Assembly: GCF_008831285.2 (NCBI RefSeq) | Contig: NC_045138.2 | Span: 24,614,001-24,678,000, forward strand | Direction: 5' to 3' | From: Nymphaea colorata | Taxonomy: Eukaryota | Length of the DNA: 64,000 nt | Part shown: positions 50,597 through 63,084 of the stretch, piece after piece | Position numbering within the stretch: the stretch's first letter is position 1 | Layout of the letters: each line of letters starts with the position of its first letter | Notes under the pieces: model-generated | What the model was told of the DNA's origin: nothing | Database searches by the model: none | What the model saw: only the letters and a program-made list of their open reading frames with translations | Made by a program: the position numbers and the translations under genes

Positions 50597-53581
50597 GGTA
50601 TATGGAGCAAAGGGCATAGTAAGTTAGTTGGTTGGATTAGGAATTTGAAAACATTTAAAAAGACGAAATGCACTTGAAGGGTACACCCTGTCATCACTAA
50701 CGACAATGCAAGTTTGGTAACGAGGGCATTGTCATTCTCTTATGTGTGGATTATTATTTGGGATGGTGGATTGTTAACTTCCTCTCACTCATTTAAAAAC
50801 TAAACAGGGTTCGGACTAAAACAAAATGTGATAGATATTTTTTTCATGTAGTCCTCACTAGCAAGCCACGTGATTTTAAATAGCCATAAATATGAGCCAC
50901 CTGGAGCATCATTCTCTGTCCACATACAAAGATGACTCTTTTGTCCCTCTCAATTAAAAATACGTTCTACTTCCCAACAAAATTTGAGAATTCCTTTTAA
51001 AATGACCGCAGGACGAAGGCTAGAATAGACCGCAAGAGCAACCACGAAGGAAACGTGAATTTGGCCTTTGACGGCCGAAGGCTCACCAAAGTTTTCCGGT
51101 CTTCCGTAGTGTGTAGCATTTCTTTCCTGCTGCATAAACCACCAATTAGGGATACGTACCCGATCGGTGCAAGTTCTTGAAATTGTTTGCATCCTGATCA
51201 TCATCAATCCTCAACCATCCCCATGAACGTCTCTCACATATGTATCGAAGAACGGAGTTCTCATCAGCTATCAGGCGGTTCTTGTTTCTGGCTTCTGCAA
51301 TGAAGTCAAACGGATAAGAAGAAGGCGCGCGGCCGGCCGCAATAACTGCATCTTTTGTTTACAATGTGATTTCACGCAAGAAAAGCAGTAAACACATTTG
51401 CTTCGACTATCCCCAAGAACCGAGGTTCCAAAGGCCTAAATCAATGCAATTTCTTCCTTTTCACTTTTAACTTTCAGAAAGGGGACGCTAGTAATCCCAC
51501 TCTATGGGAGGAGTTGACTATAGTAGTTGTATAATCTCACTCTATTTAGAAAACCTTGATCCGATTATCATGCCATCATGTGCGGGAATGATCTATACTT
51601 ACCAATTTTCTTCCAATTCCTTAATTTTTGAAGTCATACTGAACCTACTTTCCAATCACACCTTAAAAACATGTAGTTATTTGAGAAGTAGTCACACGTA
51701 CGTGCGCTTGAAGGATGTATCTATCTAATTAAATCCAAGAATACAACTGTTAGCATAGTTGGTCGTATTGGCAAGTTAACGAAAGTCCTGTTAGTTTGAT
51801 TATTGTAGGCGCTATTCATCTAGACTGCAACTAGTGTATGTGGAACACTATAGTTGAGGAATATCCTGCTTTCTATCTATGCCTGGCAGCCATGGACCCC
51901 AAAAGCATGGAAAAAGAGGAGAAGCTTCAACTACTTGGAGGTATCCCTTCCTCCCTCCCTCTCCTAATCTACATAAATCTACGACCCAATATAAATGATC
52001 ATATAGACCTAATATTCTTCTTTTTGCCAGGTGGTAGGTCTTTTTCCCTCAACCATCAATTTCCTGAATATCTATAATAGCCAAGGTATTTTTTTATAGG
52101 GATACTACCTAAAAATTTTCTATTATATAACACTCTTAGAAAAGAGAATTATTGATGGTGAGAATGCTCAGCCAGAAAATGATAGGATTGAAGCTTGATG
52201 AGGAGTCTTCTACTTGTTATTCCATTTGAAATTGTAACATGGGCTACTTTGAATAATCTTTAGCACAAAACTTTCCCTTGGAAACAACAAAGTTCATCAC
52301 GGAAAATTTTTCATATTATGTACAAGAATTCCCAAGATTACTAATTCACATGGGACCCCACCGTCCAATGCCGCGTGAAATTCTTGCCTACTTCCTACGA
52401 AAGTAATAGCTGTGAGAGTGCAAACGCTGGTGGAGGCTCAAGAACATCGCTCTAGTGCATGACGACAACATTGTTTTACGTAATCAAGCCTGTCTCTTTT
52501 GTTCTTTATGAAGCATACTCTGCAGTGGAATTTGGATTTTATAAAGCCAACAATACATAATAAGCCTTCTCAATGCCACTTCATTTTCATCCGAAAACTA
52601 AAATATTGGAAAATAATAGGGAAAAGCAGTGTTGACCGGCTAACGTCAGCACAGAAAACCTCTCCTCCCCTCAAACCCTCGTCTTGAAGTTTAATTTTGC
52701 TCCTCATCAGCTGGTTTTCGACCTTGTTATCGAGGTTAGGGAATCCCATCTAAAGAAACTGACTAGTGACCATCGAATCGAGGAAAAAAACGGTCACAAA
52801 TTTGCCATGTAAGTACCAGTGAACATCGGGAAACTGCGCAGGCAACATTCCTTGTTCACTGATGCGTGCGTGGAAGTAAGCGCGTTGGTGGACAAGCTGG
52901 GTCCATAAAACTTTTATTTAGGTTTTCTCCCTTCTTTCACTGAACTTTTTCTCGCATCTGTGGAGAGTGGAATTTTTGTTGTAATCCTTATGCAGTATGC
53001 ACCATTAACAATAGACAGAAATTTACACCAGAAAGAATCACCTGTAAAATGGGTTTCGAATCGAAGGCGGATCCTTCCACTGAAGGTTATTCGATGGTTG
53101 GTCATGGGGGGCGCGAAGAATAACATTGTGAATTGGTTCGATGGCAGGAAGTCACAGAGCAGCTGCCTGAGGGGAACACTGAAGTTCATCCTTGATATTG
53201 AGGTCAAGATCAGATTGTTTCCGTAAGTGTTCGTGAATTTATGAATGTATAATAATCTCGTTGCGCATACTTTGTCAACTGATGCGAATGAATCTTATGC
53301 TTAGTACCACAGTTAAAACTGAAAACATGATGATGCGAAACGCGACTTGAATTAGGTCTGAACAGTGTACTTGAGCGTTATCAATTCACATGTGGGGATC
53401 ATGCTATATTAGCAAATCCAAACAATTTAATGCTGGGATGTACTTCCTTGGCCTAACAGAGAAGTTAATTGAAATTATAGTAGGAAACCAGCCGTAAAAA
53501 AAAAAAAAAAAAATGCATTTCGGGGTAAAGAACTGTTTTTATTGGCCTTAAACATAGTTGCCAATGAACTCAATTAAACAA

Positions 53582-54939
53582 TCACGAGTATGGTTGCTGG
53601 TGGTGGTGCTGAAAGTACAAGGCGTCTGTCAGTTGCGTGGAAAAGCTTGCGCCTGTTTTCTCATCGATACTAATACAATTGTCCGCCATGTAGGTCGGCA
53701 GCTCCATGAAAAAATCGTCTGTACTCAAGGTGAAACCCGAGCTGTATGTTTGTTGCTGTTGTTGGTAAAAAGCGTTCATTTCCGGCACCACCATCCATTG
53801 GTTCACGTTGGACTCCAAGCGTTGGTCGCCGATGGCAGAAAGTGATGCAAAGGTCTCCTCATCCGGAGGGGAATTGGCGACTTCATGGTGCTGTTTCGAC
53901 CTTTGGATTCCCATCTGCTGGCTGGTCCGCTTCTTGTAAATTCGGCACACAACCCAATCATCCAGCTACAGCAACCGCAAACGTATTCACCAGTCAGTGA
54001 TAATTATAGCGTCCTAATTAAGCTTGATCACAGATGAAATAAACAAGTTCTTTTTCAACAAATTGGTTCGATTCTAAGTATGGTTTTATTAAATCTTACA
54101 AAATAAACATATATGTATACTTTATTAAAAGTTGAAATTGCTCATTTGTCAAATTTATTATTTGGGGAAACCACACTTCAATCGAGCCAGCCTGAGAGTT
54201 CTTAAACTTTACGGCGATGTGCATAATTTAGACATTTCGTAAAACAACCCATTAGGAAAAGATTGGTGTTCGTGGTGCGGCACATACAATGCCAAGTTAT
54301 AACTTGAATCTTGAGTGAAAGAAGTCCAGAAGGGTGGTCACTTACGCAAGGGGTTGATTTCTTTCGTGGGAGGTAGCCATTTTGTTCTACAAGGAGCTGG
54401 TATTCATGCATGATCCAGTTGGTCTTGCTCCCGTTTGGAGGCTTTCCTACATAGAAAACGAGCGCCTTCTTGGTGCCCACTTTGCGGCCGTCGACCACGA
54501 TGATCTTGTCGGTGCCGGTAGCCTTCCAGAAGCCGGATCCGGCGCCCCTGTTAAGCCTCAACCCGTTGGGGAATTTCCGATCCCTCCGGCTGAAAAAATA
54601 CCACTCCTTGTCGCCGAAAAGCGCCTTACCTGCAACACCCAAACCAAACCATTTCATAAGAAATCAAAGCCAGTGGTTGCAGGGACGGAGAGGCAATAGA
54701 GAAGAAGAGGAAGGCTGGAGAAGCGGGGGAGGAAGGAAATGGGTGGTGGGTGTGAGGGACGAACCGGGCAGGTCCCATGGGTCGTGCCTATAGAGGTCGA
54801 CCTCTGCAATGACGTTGGAGGAGAAGGTGGCAGCGGAGGTCTTGGGGAGGAGGTATTGGACTAGCAGCTCCTCATCTGTGGGGTGAAACCTGAACCCTGG
54901 TGGCAGGTGTATCTCATCCCCTCTTCCTTCCATCCTCAT
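53582..54939 (-). CDS. NAC-domain transcription factor, paralog of the 12.7-14.0 kb gene, intact 3-exon ORF, about 280 aa
   Basis: Exons 54939-54765, 54629-54346, 53965-53582; GT..AG sites; 843 nt in frame; same NAC motifs. The stop TGA replaces a TGC of the paralog, so the last 4 aa (CLFN) are lost. Confidence 0.9.
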
Positions 54940-55663
54940 ACAACGCAAAGAGATCGAGAGTTAGAGAGAATAAGGTAGATGGAGAAAGATGGTGTCGGAG
55001 CTGTTGGTTGAGAGATTGAGAGAGAGGGGGTTTGGGGCTTGCCCTCCGAGGGAGCTCGATCGATTCTTCCTTTTGTAGATGAACAAGGTGAGGGAGACAG
55101 ATTGAGAGAGACTTGGGTGTCTGGCAGAAAGCGCGTGCATCTGGACGATCAAGCGTCTGAGCTCTTTTTGGGCATCTATGGAAACGTATTGCATCCTACT
55201 CCATCGCCCCAACTGCGCAAACATCAACCCTGAAACACACAAATCGGATTTATTTACTTACAATTACTATAAACATACATATCGGGTGCGAACTTTTGTG
55301 TAGTTTCCAAATTGCGTTTTCTGAAATTTTCAATTAAGGAATACGCTTTCCATGAAGACTATCACATACAGTTTTATGGGAAGGCGTAATTTTTATTAAA
55401 AAAATAAAAATGGTATCTTTTTTAAATTTATAAGCATAAAAATAAGTTCCGGATACATACGCAAATCAGGCTCAAGTGTCGAAGCGGGCATACATACTGC
55501 CATCCTTCAGTAGGTCCCACACCGTCGCGCTGACCTCATTAGTCTTAGACGAGTGACCAGCGAGGGATGCCACCGTGCGGCTGACCTCATCGCGTTCTTT
55601 TGTTGCACGTTGGGTCAGACTTTCTACCTTTAAGAGAGGCGTGCATTACTGGTTAAGCTGCTA

Positions 55664-55698
<35 letters not shown>

Positions 55699-56271
55699 AC
55701 GACGTTTGTGTAGTTTGATGGTTGTTTTTTTATTGTGTCGATAAAAATCATTGTAAAAAAATGTCTCCTTCCTACAAATCATAGGCAAGCAACTGGACAT
55801 GGCAAATATTCCTTTTGTAATAGTTTTTAACAACAAAAAATTTTAAAAACCATCCAATCGTATATGTGGCGGCTTATTACAAGAATCAATATATACATCG
55901 AAACTCATTTTTGTTCTTTATTTTGTGATATGCCGGCTATGGAAAATTGATGTATCCCAAACCATGCCGTTTAAAATTTCTTCAATGTTTTAGGGTGGTG
56001 AAGTGTAGTACCTAACTTGAAAGATGCACAAATCAAGCACGCGAGGCCTGCATCAGCCTCAACAAGTGAGGAGACATGTCCCTGAATGAGCCAAAATTAC
56101 AGACCATAAGTTCTTAATGTAGACAAAACATGTGTAGAAATTCAGAGCTTCTACGAAACTCCAGCCATGCGAATTCACATTTTATGTCTGCTCGGTCCAT
56201 GATTAATGACATGGCGCAGTCCGAATGGTACGTAGCCCATTGCATGCATCGAGAATGATTGGCTGCGGTCT

Positions 56272-56275
<4 letters not shown>

Positions 56276-56359
<84 letters not shown>
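56276..56359. repeat. (AT)n microsatellite
   Basis: Directly visible. Confidence 0.95.
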
Positions 56360-56362
<3 letters not shown>

Positions 56363-56652
56363 GCATTCCCATTTCCCTTTTCTCTAAGGTCGTGGACTAG
56401 ATGGGAACCTGGGTAAGATAGATATAGGTACCACCATTTAGAGTCTCAACGAATGGCGTACACGCAAGTCAAACAGATGACACAGTCTTCTACTCACCCG
56501 CTGCAGGCCAATTATGCTGAGCCGTTTCAGGCGGTGGAAATCCGTTTTTAAAACAATCATCCACAAAAAAATTAAAATTTCATAAGTTCGAAAGATATAT
56601 CAGACATATATATAATTAATCTTCTTTGGTATGGCAAGTAATTAATGAGGAC

Positions 56653-57357
56653 CTAAACTTTTTTTGTCTTGTTTGTCTGCGACATGGGACATGATATATG
56701 GTCATCAATTTCTCGTACATTCTGATGGGACAACCACTTGGAAAATGCGATGCATACGTGTAGAAATAAGTTGCATGCCCCCAGAAATTTCTTCTTTTTC
56801 TGATAAGTAAATTTGCCATGGTCCCGGGCGGTGCTAGTGCTACCGGTGTGAATTGACCTAGACCGACTGGTTTCGATCAAATTGAAGCATGGAAGTTCGT
56901 GTATCAGCATATCATTTAATGGAGACAACTGAAACGTCTCATTCAACTTTAATCGATTCTTTGTAATTACTTTTGTGGTCTTTGGAGGGAGTTCTCTTTC
57001 TTCCTGTAAATTCGGCATAAAACCCAATTATCCATGTGCACACGAGAGACAGTAAAAAAAGCGCAGGTTTAGGGCTTGCCCTATTTCAATGAAAGGGGAT
57101 GCTTCCGCAATATTCATGATGATAAAACCTGGCATCCTTCTTAGTTTGCATTGATTTGCAGTCAATGTGTTTCACTTCCACTGTATTGAGCCATAATCTC
57201 TCTCTCTCTCTCTCTCTTTGTGGCCTAGAGAAAAAAATGGGCAGCATCACCACTTACTCCAGTCGTTTCCTTCCTGTGGGGGAAGCTGCCATTTTCACCG
57301 TCTCTACTAACGTAGAAGACCAGCGACTTCTTTACGCCAACTTTCCGGCCATCCAAT
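56653..57357 (-). pseudogene. Older, diverged NAC pseudogene (exon 2 remnant, intron 2, exon 3)
   Basis: Minus strand 57357-57258 reads ILDGRKVGVKKSLVFY...NGSFPHRKETTG|gtaagt with an internal deletion. From 57035 it reads MDNWVLCRIYRKKENSLQRPQK* with the acceptor AG changed to AC. The 3' boundary is approximate. Confidence 0.75.
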
Positions 57358-58786
57358 ATACATATATACTCACCATGATGCTGTTTGCCGTTACCAAATC
57401 ATTGTATCGTTAATTTACGCAAAAATGGATTTCAAATCAGGCGTAAAACTATCCTTTTGGTGGAAGTTAACTTTTTTTATGTTAATGAATTCTACAGTCC
57501 TAACCTTGTTGTTTTTACCTCAGCAGAAGGAGAAAAGGAAAAGAAGAGACGAATTCGAATAAAGAACTGAAATGGAAAAGAAGAACTGGGGAAATGCCTA
57601 ATTAAGAACTGTATTACCTAACATGCTCTTTAATTTCTTCTATCAACTATAAAATCAAAGAACAAGACTCTACTTATTAAAAAATAAGTACCAGTCTTAC
57701 TGAGGAGTGAACATTTTAAGTATTAACAATGCTGGATATAATTGGCAACTTGGAGTCGCAAATTAATCCTTTTCCTGTAACATGATCTCCATCATTTGCA
57801 TTGATATTATTGGATGAGAGCAAGCCACACAAGTACCAAGCGGTTGGGTCTCCTTGCTGGTAGATCAAATTTTATGACGCAAGATAATTAATTAAGGTCA
57901 TTAATCGCAAACTCTTTAGGTTTGATACATATATCAGGTTTTTCAATCTCATTTTCCAAACATGAGATGGTAGTTAGTTTCAGACACTCCGCGTGTACAA
58001 TGGCTATGGTGTCGACTTCATCAAGCCGGGGAATTAAGTGCTGCCATTTATTCTTATCCCGAATAAGCGTGATAAAAACATTATCCCCTTATTCACAAAC
58101 GTGGACTATATGTTGGAATTAGGCGTTTATCTGACCTGGAACCCACCCTTTGCATTTTACAACTAAAAAAAAAAAAAGACTTATGCATTAAATCACCAAT
58201 ATTATATTTAAGCATGAAAACATGGGTTACCTGTTTTAAGGGTCATTGAAGAAAATTTTGTATACCACATGATGGAAGCAGCAAATCATATACGGGGACG
58301 CGTATAATCACTAAGTCCGCTCCAAGTTTTCAACTTTGGCTGCTAATTATATTGATTGGCTATGATTTAATTAGTGCAAGTGAAGTCCTAATTGACGATT
58401 TTCTAGAAATGTTGTTTCATTTAAAATTTAAAATTGTCTTTTTACTTTTGGGATTCCCATCAATGTACATCATGAGCATGTGGTGGAGCCAGAAGTACTT
58501 ATCATCAGGTGTGGACAAAAAGTACTTGGAAGGAAACAAAGGTACAATTAATACATGTAGCAGCCATGGTCGGTTCAAAATGAAAACCAAAACAAAAGAT
58601 ATACAAAATGCCAATTTTCAAAAATTGCGAAGACCAAATTAAATGACTAGAAACGGGCCTCTTTCAGAAACTTAAAGAAAGGCATCAACAAGCGACAATG
58701 GAATGCACGGACTTTAACCCGGGGCCCAGTGAGGAAGGAGAAGCAAATACTCCACTGGTTTTCTTTTTTCAACACAACACACTTTA

Positions 58787-59091
58787 GGTTGCGTTTGATT
58801 GCTTTAAATCTTACATTTAGAGCTGCTTTTAAAACTTCCGATTTAAAATCTAAGGTTTTAAGATCATAGCATTTAAAAGCCTATGTTTTATACACTTCCT
58901 TAGCCTTTTCTCTATCCTCTCCTATCTACCTTCACGTGTGGGTCTGAAATCCAGTTATATTTGAGGTATCTATGGATTTCAGCATTCTCACAAATCTGAA
59001 ATCTGCAGTTCTTAAATCTACAGTTCGATAAACCTCCGATATGCAGCAAATTTGACCTAGGATCTGAGATCCAAGGTTGTCAAATGCAACC
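58787..59091. mobile_element. Tourist/PIF-Harbinger-like MITE
   Basis: TIR GGTTGCGTTTGA/TCAAATGCAACC with TTA target duplication. Confidence 0.75.
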
Positions 59092-59270
59092 TTAGGGTTC
59101 ATAGCCTTTTACATGGTTTGATGCTGAAAAGAATCGAATCAGGAACGAACCTTTTACTAGCCACTATATATTGTGGTCCTGAATATGCTAAATTGGAGGA
59201 ACAATTGAGATAGTGCCCTCACCTGGCCTGCAACCCTCGTCCAGAGTACAATAATATCTTCTTTCCATAG

Positions 59271-59271
<1 letters not shown>

Positions 59272-59322
<51 letters not shown>
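59272..59322. repeat. (TA)n microsatellite
   Basis: Directly visible. Confidence 0.95.
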
Positions 59323-59327
<5 letters not shown>

Positions 59328-59794
59328 TTTGTTTTTATGATGATTCTTTGTAGGTCTACTACCTACAAATTTCTGTTATATAGCCCTCTTAGAAAAGAGA
59401 ACTATTGAAGGTGAGAAAGCTCACAAAGAAAATGATAGGGTTAAAGCTGGATTTAGGAGTCTTGTTATACTAGTTAGAATTGTATAATGGGCCACTTTGA
59501 ATAAGCGGTAGCAAAAAACTTTCCCTTGGAAACAATGCCACCGCGTGAAAGTCTTACCTATTTCATACGAAAGTAAGTTATAGCTGCTATACAGGTGCAA
59601 GTTTTTTCAAAGAGTCTGAGCTCACGAGATTGAACAACCCTTTATTTCTTCTATTTTCTCCACCCACCTCACCAAATGGAATCTTTATTTCGATGTGAAA
59701 GTGGAAACTAATTAAAATTCATGTTAGCAGAGAGAGTGAAAACGCTGGTACAGGTTCAGTTCTTGTGTTCAAGAACATCTCTCAAGCGCATTAT

Positions 59795-60197
59795 TGATGG
59801 AATATACGCAGCGGAATGCAGTCTCTGTTAGGCTCTGGTATGTTCAGCAGGCCCTCCGCTTCAAAATCTTAGATGCAAGAACAGTACCTGTAAAACCAAT
59901 AGAGGAAAAGGAAGAAGTTGAAGAGAAAAAAGATTGACTGGGTTTGCTTCTAAGAGGCGCATGTTGATTACCCAAACGTCAACCATTAGATGAATAGATG
60001 CTGGGATTTATAGGCCGCCTCTCAGGATTTCCTCAATCCCAGCTAAGGTTATGGTATGGAGATTTATGGTAAGAATTAAAACAGCAATCATTAATATTGT
60101 GATTTATTTCCTGTTTTAATTTCGTAATTACAGAATCTTCTTTGCAGTTACAAAGAAAAGGATAGAACTCAGGGACACTACCCAACATCTCTCACTT
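59795..60197 (-). mobile_element. Copia-type LTR fragment with adjacent PPT
   Basis: Minus strand reads AAGTGAGAGA-TGTTGGG at the start and ...TTCCGCTGCG...CCATCA at the end, with TATAAA inside; resembles BARE-1/Angela-type PPT-LTR junctions. It replaces the NAC downstream sequence. Confidence 0.6.
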
Positions 60198-60262
60198 GGC
60201 CATGAGACGGTCTCATGGCCAAGTGGGAGATGTTGGCACACAACATGATATATATTGATGGG

Positions 60263-60569
60263 ACTCGTTGTCGCCAAAAAAAAAAAAAAAAGCTTTACCT
60301 GCATCACCCAAATCACCACATTTATAAAGACATCAGAACCAGTAAGGAAAAGGCAGTAGAGAAGAAAATGGGTGGTGGCTGTGAGGGGACGGACCAGGCA
60401 GGTCCCATGGGTCGTGTCTGTAGAGGTGGACGTCTGCAATGACGTTGGAGGAGAAGGTGAGACCGGAGGTCTTGGGGAGGAGGTATTGGACCAGAAGCTC
60501 CTCATCGGTGGGGTGAAACCTGAACCCTGGTGGCAGGTACATCTCATTCCCTGTTCCTTCCATCCTCAT
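60263..60569 (-). pseudogene. Truncated NAC gene (exon 1 plus start of exon 2)
   Basis: Exon 1 60569-60395 ([33 protein letters not shown]...PWDLP) and its intron are intact. Exon 2 starts at 60298 (GKAFFFFFGDNE, poly-T expanded) and homology stops at about 60263, next to an LTR fragment. Confidence 0.88.
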
Positions 60570-61014
60570 GCAACAGAAACGGATAGAGAGTTTGAGAGAA
60601 GAAGATAGGTAGAGAAAGACAGTATTGAAGCTGCTGCTAGACACAGGAAGAGAAAGACAGTATAGAAGCTGCTGCTAGACAGAGGAAGAGAAAGACAGGG
60701 ATCAGGGCTCGTCCTCTCAAGGAGGCCCAACGATTCCAATTCATTTTATAGATTAAGAAAAAGAGTAAGAGAGGGATTTGGGAACGAGTTGAACTATGAC
60801 GTAATTGCAAACATCAACCCTCGAATGGAAGCTATTTACTTGCTTCAACTCTTTTGTGTATATGCAGATATATTTGGTACAAACCTTTATTTAGTTTCCA
60901 AATTGCCTTTTTAGGTTATAAAATTCACAGACCAATTTTTGTGATCCTTGTCGATTCAAAGATGCACTTTTCAAAAAACAAAAATTTTATTAAGAAAAAT
61001 AAAAAATGGTCTTC

Positions 61015-61020
<6 letters not shown>

Positions 61021-61063
<43 letters not shown>
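61021..61063. repeat. (AT)n microsatellite
   Basis: Directly visible. Confidence 0.95.
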
Positions 61064-61065
<2 letters not shown>

Positions 61066-62350
61066 GAAGTTGCATGCGCTTGCCTACATGCGACTCCGCC
61101 GCTGACCAAAGATGATTTTGACATGAACTTAGAACAGATTTAATTCAATCCACCAGCATCCTCAGTTTCTTGATCATGCTAAAGTTTGGAATTATTTGAT
61201 GCCGGCGAGGTAGAGGGATTCTTATCAATTTATGCTTGTGGTGGGCCTTACTCTGTCGGGCTCCATTCACTATGCAATTGAACAACCTGAAAGTTGCTGT
61301 TGAGACCTAAATGCATGTAGATTTTTAAATTTTCTTCGCATCTGAGAACTTAAGCGATTATAATCACTGAAGATCCAAAGGTTCAATTTAGCATCCCATT
61401 TCTTGGGATCCAAAGATTTAAACCGACATATTGTAAATTTTAATATATACTTTACTTTTTCATAACTTTAGGAGGAGCATTGCCCTTTCTGGCCCCTTCT
61501 TGCCTCCACACACACACACACACACTCTCGCTCTCTGTAATGAACTGATGTCATCAAAGCATCTTTATGGTTTGTGAGAAATGATTTTTTCAAGTTTTTA
61601 AAAATCCGGCATGTGTGTTTAGGTGACACCAAAAAAACTTTGGTTGTGTTTGGATGACACTCCAAATTGGATTTTTGTAGGCAAAACAATTTATTGTGTT
61701 TAGGTGACACGAAAAAAACTTTGGTTGTGTTTGTGAGAAATGATATATTTTGCATCAGACCATACACAAACCTATGCAAAAATGTCGGCCATCTGCGGAA
61801 AACCTATGTAATGCTGATATGCTCTTACTTTGCCAATTTTCAGGGCTAGTGGGAACCGCCTTATACTGCACCAACTAGTCCAACCCAGTTCTAGCCCAGA
61901 TATTTATATGAAACTATGTTGTTAGGTAAAAGTCATGGTCTTCTTGATTCGCTACCTTTCCTTTATCATTATCAGCTTTGCAATATAATTTTTTTTACCA
62001 ATTACAGATGGACCTCGAGTAGTGTTTTCAACCCAAAAAGGGCAAAGCGTAGTTGGTTGGGTTAACTGCAATAAGACATATCTTTCATTTAATTCTTATT
62101 GGTGTTATGTCTCAAAAGGTATAATGGCTTTAGAAGCGGAGAGAATGGGGCAGCATAAGCATTCCGGCCGAAAACTAATTTTTCAGATGGTCGGTCGTTA
62201 ACCTTTCCTTCATCTAGAAAACTAATTACGTATTTGAGGTGAGTTGGAGTCAAAATCAAGCCCGTCAACATTGACAGCTGATAATCAAGCAATGGCACCA
62301 TTTACCAGCCCCAATCCCATTTTGGTCGTGGTTTCGTGTCTGGTTGAGAC

Positions 62351-62635
62351 TGTTAGGAACAAAACAACAATAAACTCTCCTCTCGCACTCTCAAGAGAGG
62401 GTTAGAAGCAATAAGGAAGAAGACAACGATTTACGTGGTTCAGAGCAATAATCTTCTACGTCCACGATCGCACAGATCTCTTGTATTCTCTCTCTTAGAT
62501 GAACACACAGAACAGACTCTCACAAGCGGCGGCCATCCTCAAAACATAAGGATTATGGCAAACCCGTATTTGTACAAAATGACATATATGCCCTTACATA
62601 TGGAAAGTATGGATCAAGTTCCATACACCAAGAAA
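62351..62635. mobile_element. Degenerate solo-LTR-like insertion
   Basis: Starts TGTTAGG and contains a TTTACGTGG motif like the copia LTR in this window. It interrupts sequence that is contiguous at about 14900-14960. The right end and TSD are not resolved. Confidence 0.4.
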
Positions 62636-62737
62636 TACCAGTCCATGAATGAGCCAAAGTTATGAAGCAAATCGTTTTAAAACAGACAAATTTTGTCTTG
62701 AAATTCGGAGCTTCTATGAAACTCCATGTGAATTCAC

Positions 62738-62840
62738 ATATTATGTCTGCTCCCCCCATTATTAATGTCTCATATTATGTCTGGTCCCCCCATTATCAAT
62801 GTCCATTATTAATGTCTGGTCCCCCCGTTATCAATGTCTT
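62738..62840. repeat. Short tandem repeat, about 33 bp x3
   Basis: atgtctg(c/g)tccccc(c)attat(t/c)aatgtc repeated three times; single copy at the paralogous sites near 15050 and 56180. Confidence 0.8.
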
Positions 62841-62865
62841 GAGACATAAGTAGCAATCAATTAGG

Positions 62866-62928
62866 TCATGGGTCAAGTACATCTCTGTGATCCCTTACAC
62901 TTCAAAACTCCTTCCGGTTGCACAACAC
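62866..62928 (+). pseudogene. Short third ABCG terminal-exon fragment
   Basis: tcatgggtcaagtacatctctgtgatcccttacacttcaaaactccttccggttgcacaa aligns with 24610-24670 (SWIKYISVIHYTYKLLLGAQ). Confidence 0.65.
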
Positions 62929-63084
62929 TACGTGTTGCGTTTTTGAAGTAATAGCTTCAAAATTATATTGATGGCTCTCCGGAGAACAATAACAAACTAT
63001 TCCACATATCAGAATCATAAATCACAATATTACGGGGTTTCAACAGTATTCCCTAATTATATCCGGGTAAATACATTGAACAGT

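Larger units (their letters stand above)
40169..56270 (+). repeat. Segmental duplication copy B
   Basis: Collinear with 1-15140, plus an extra block of about 4 kb (46178-50170) containing the NAC pseudogene. Confidence 0.9.

Noticed and set aside
61614..61740. Spaced direct repeats of about 39 bp resembling a repeat-spacer array
   Set aside because: Only two units, eukaryotic context and no cas genes; an ordinary local duplication, not CRISPR.
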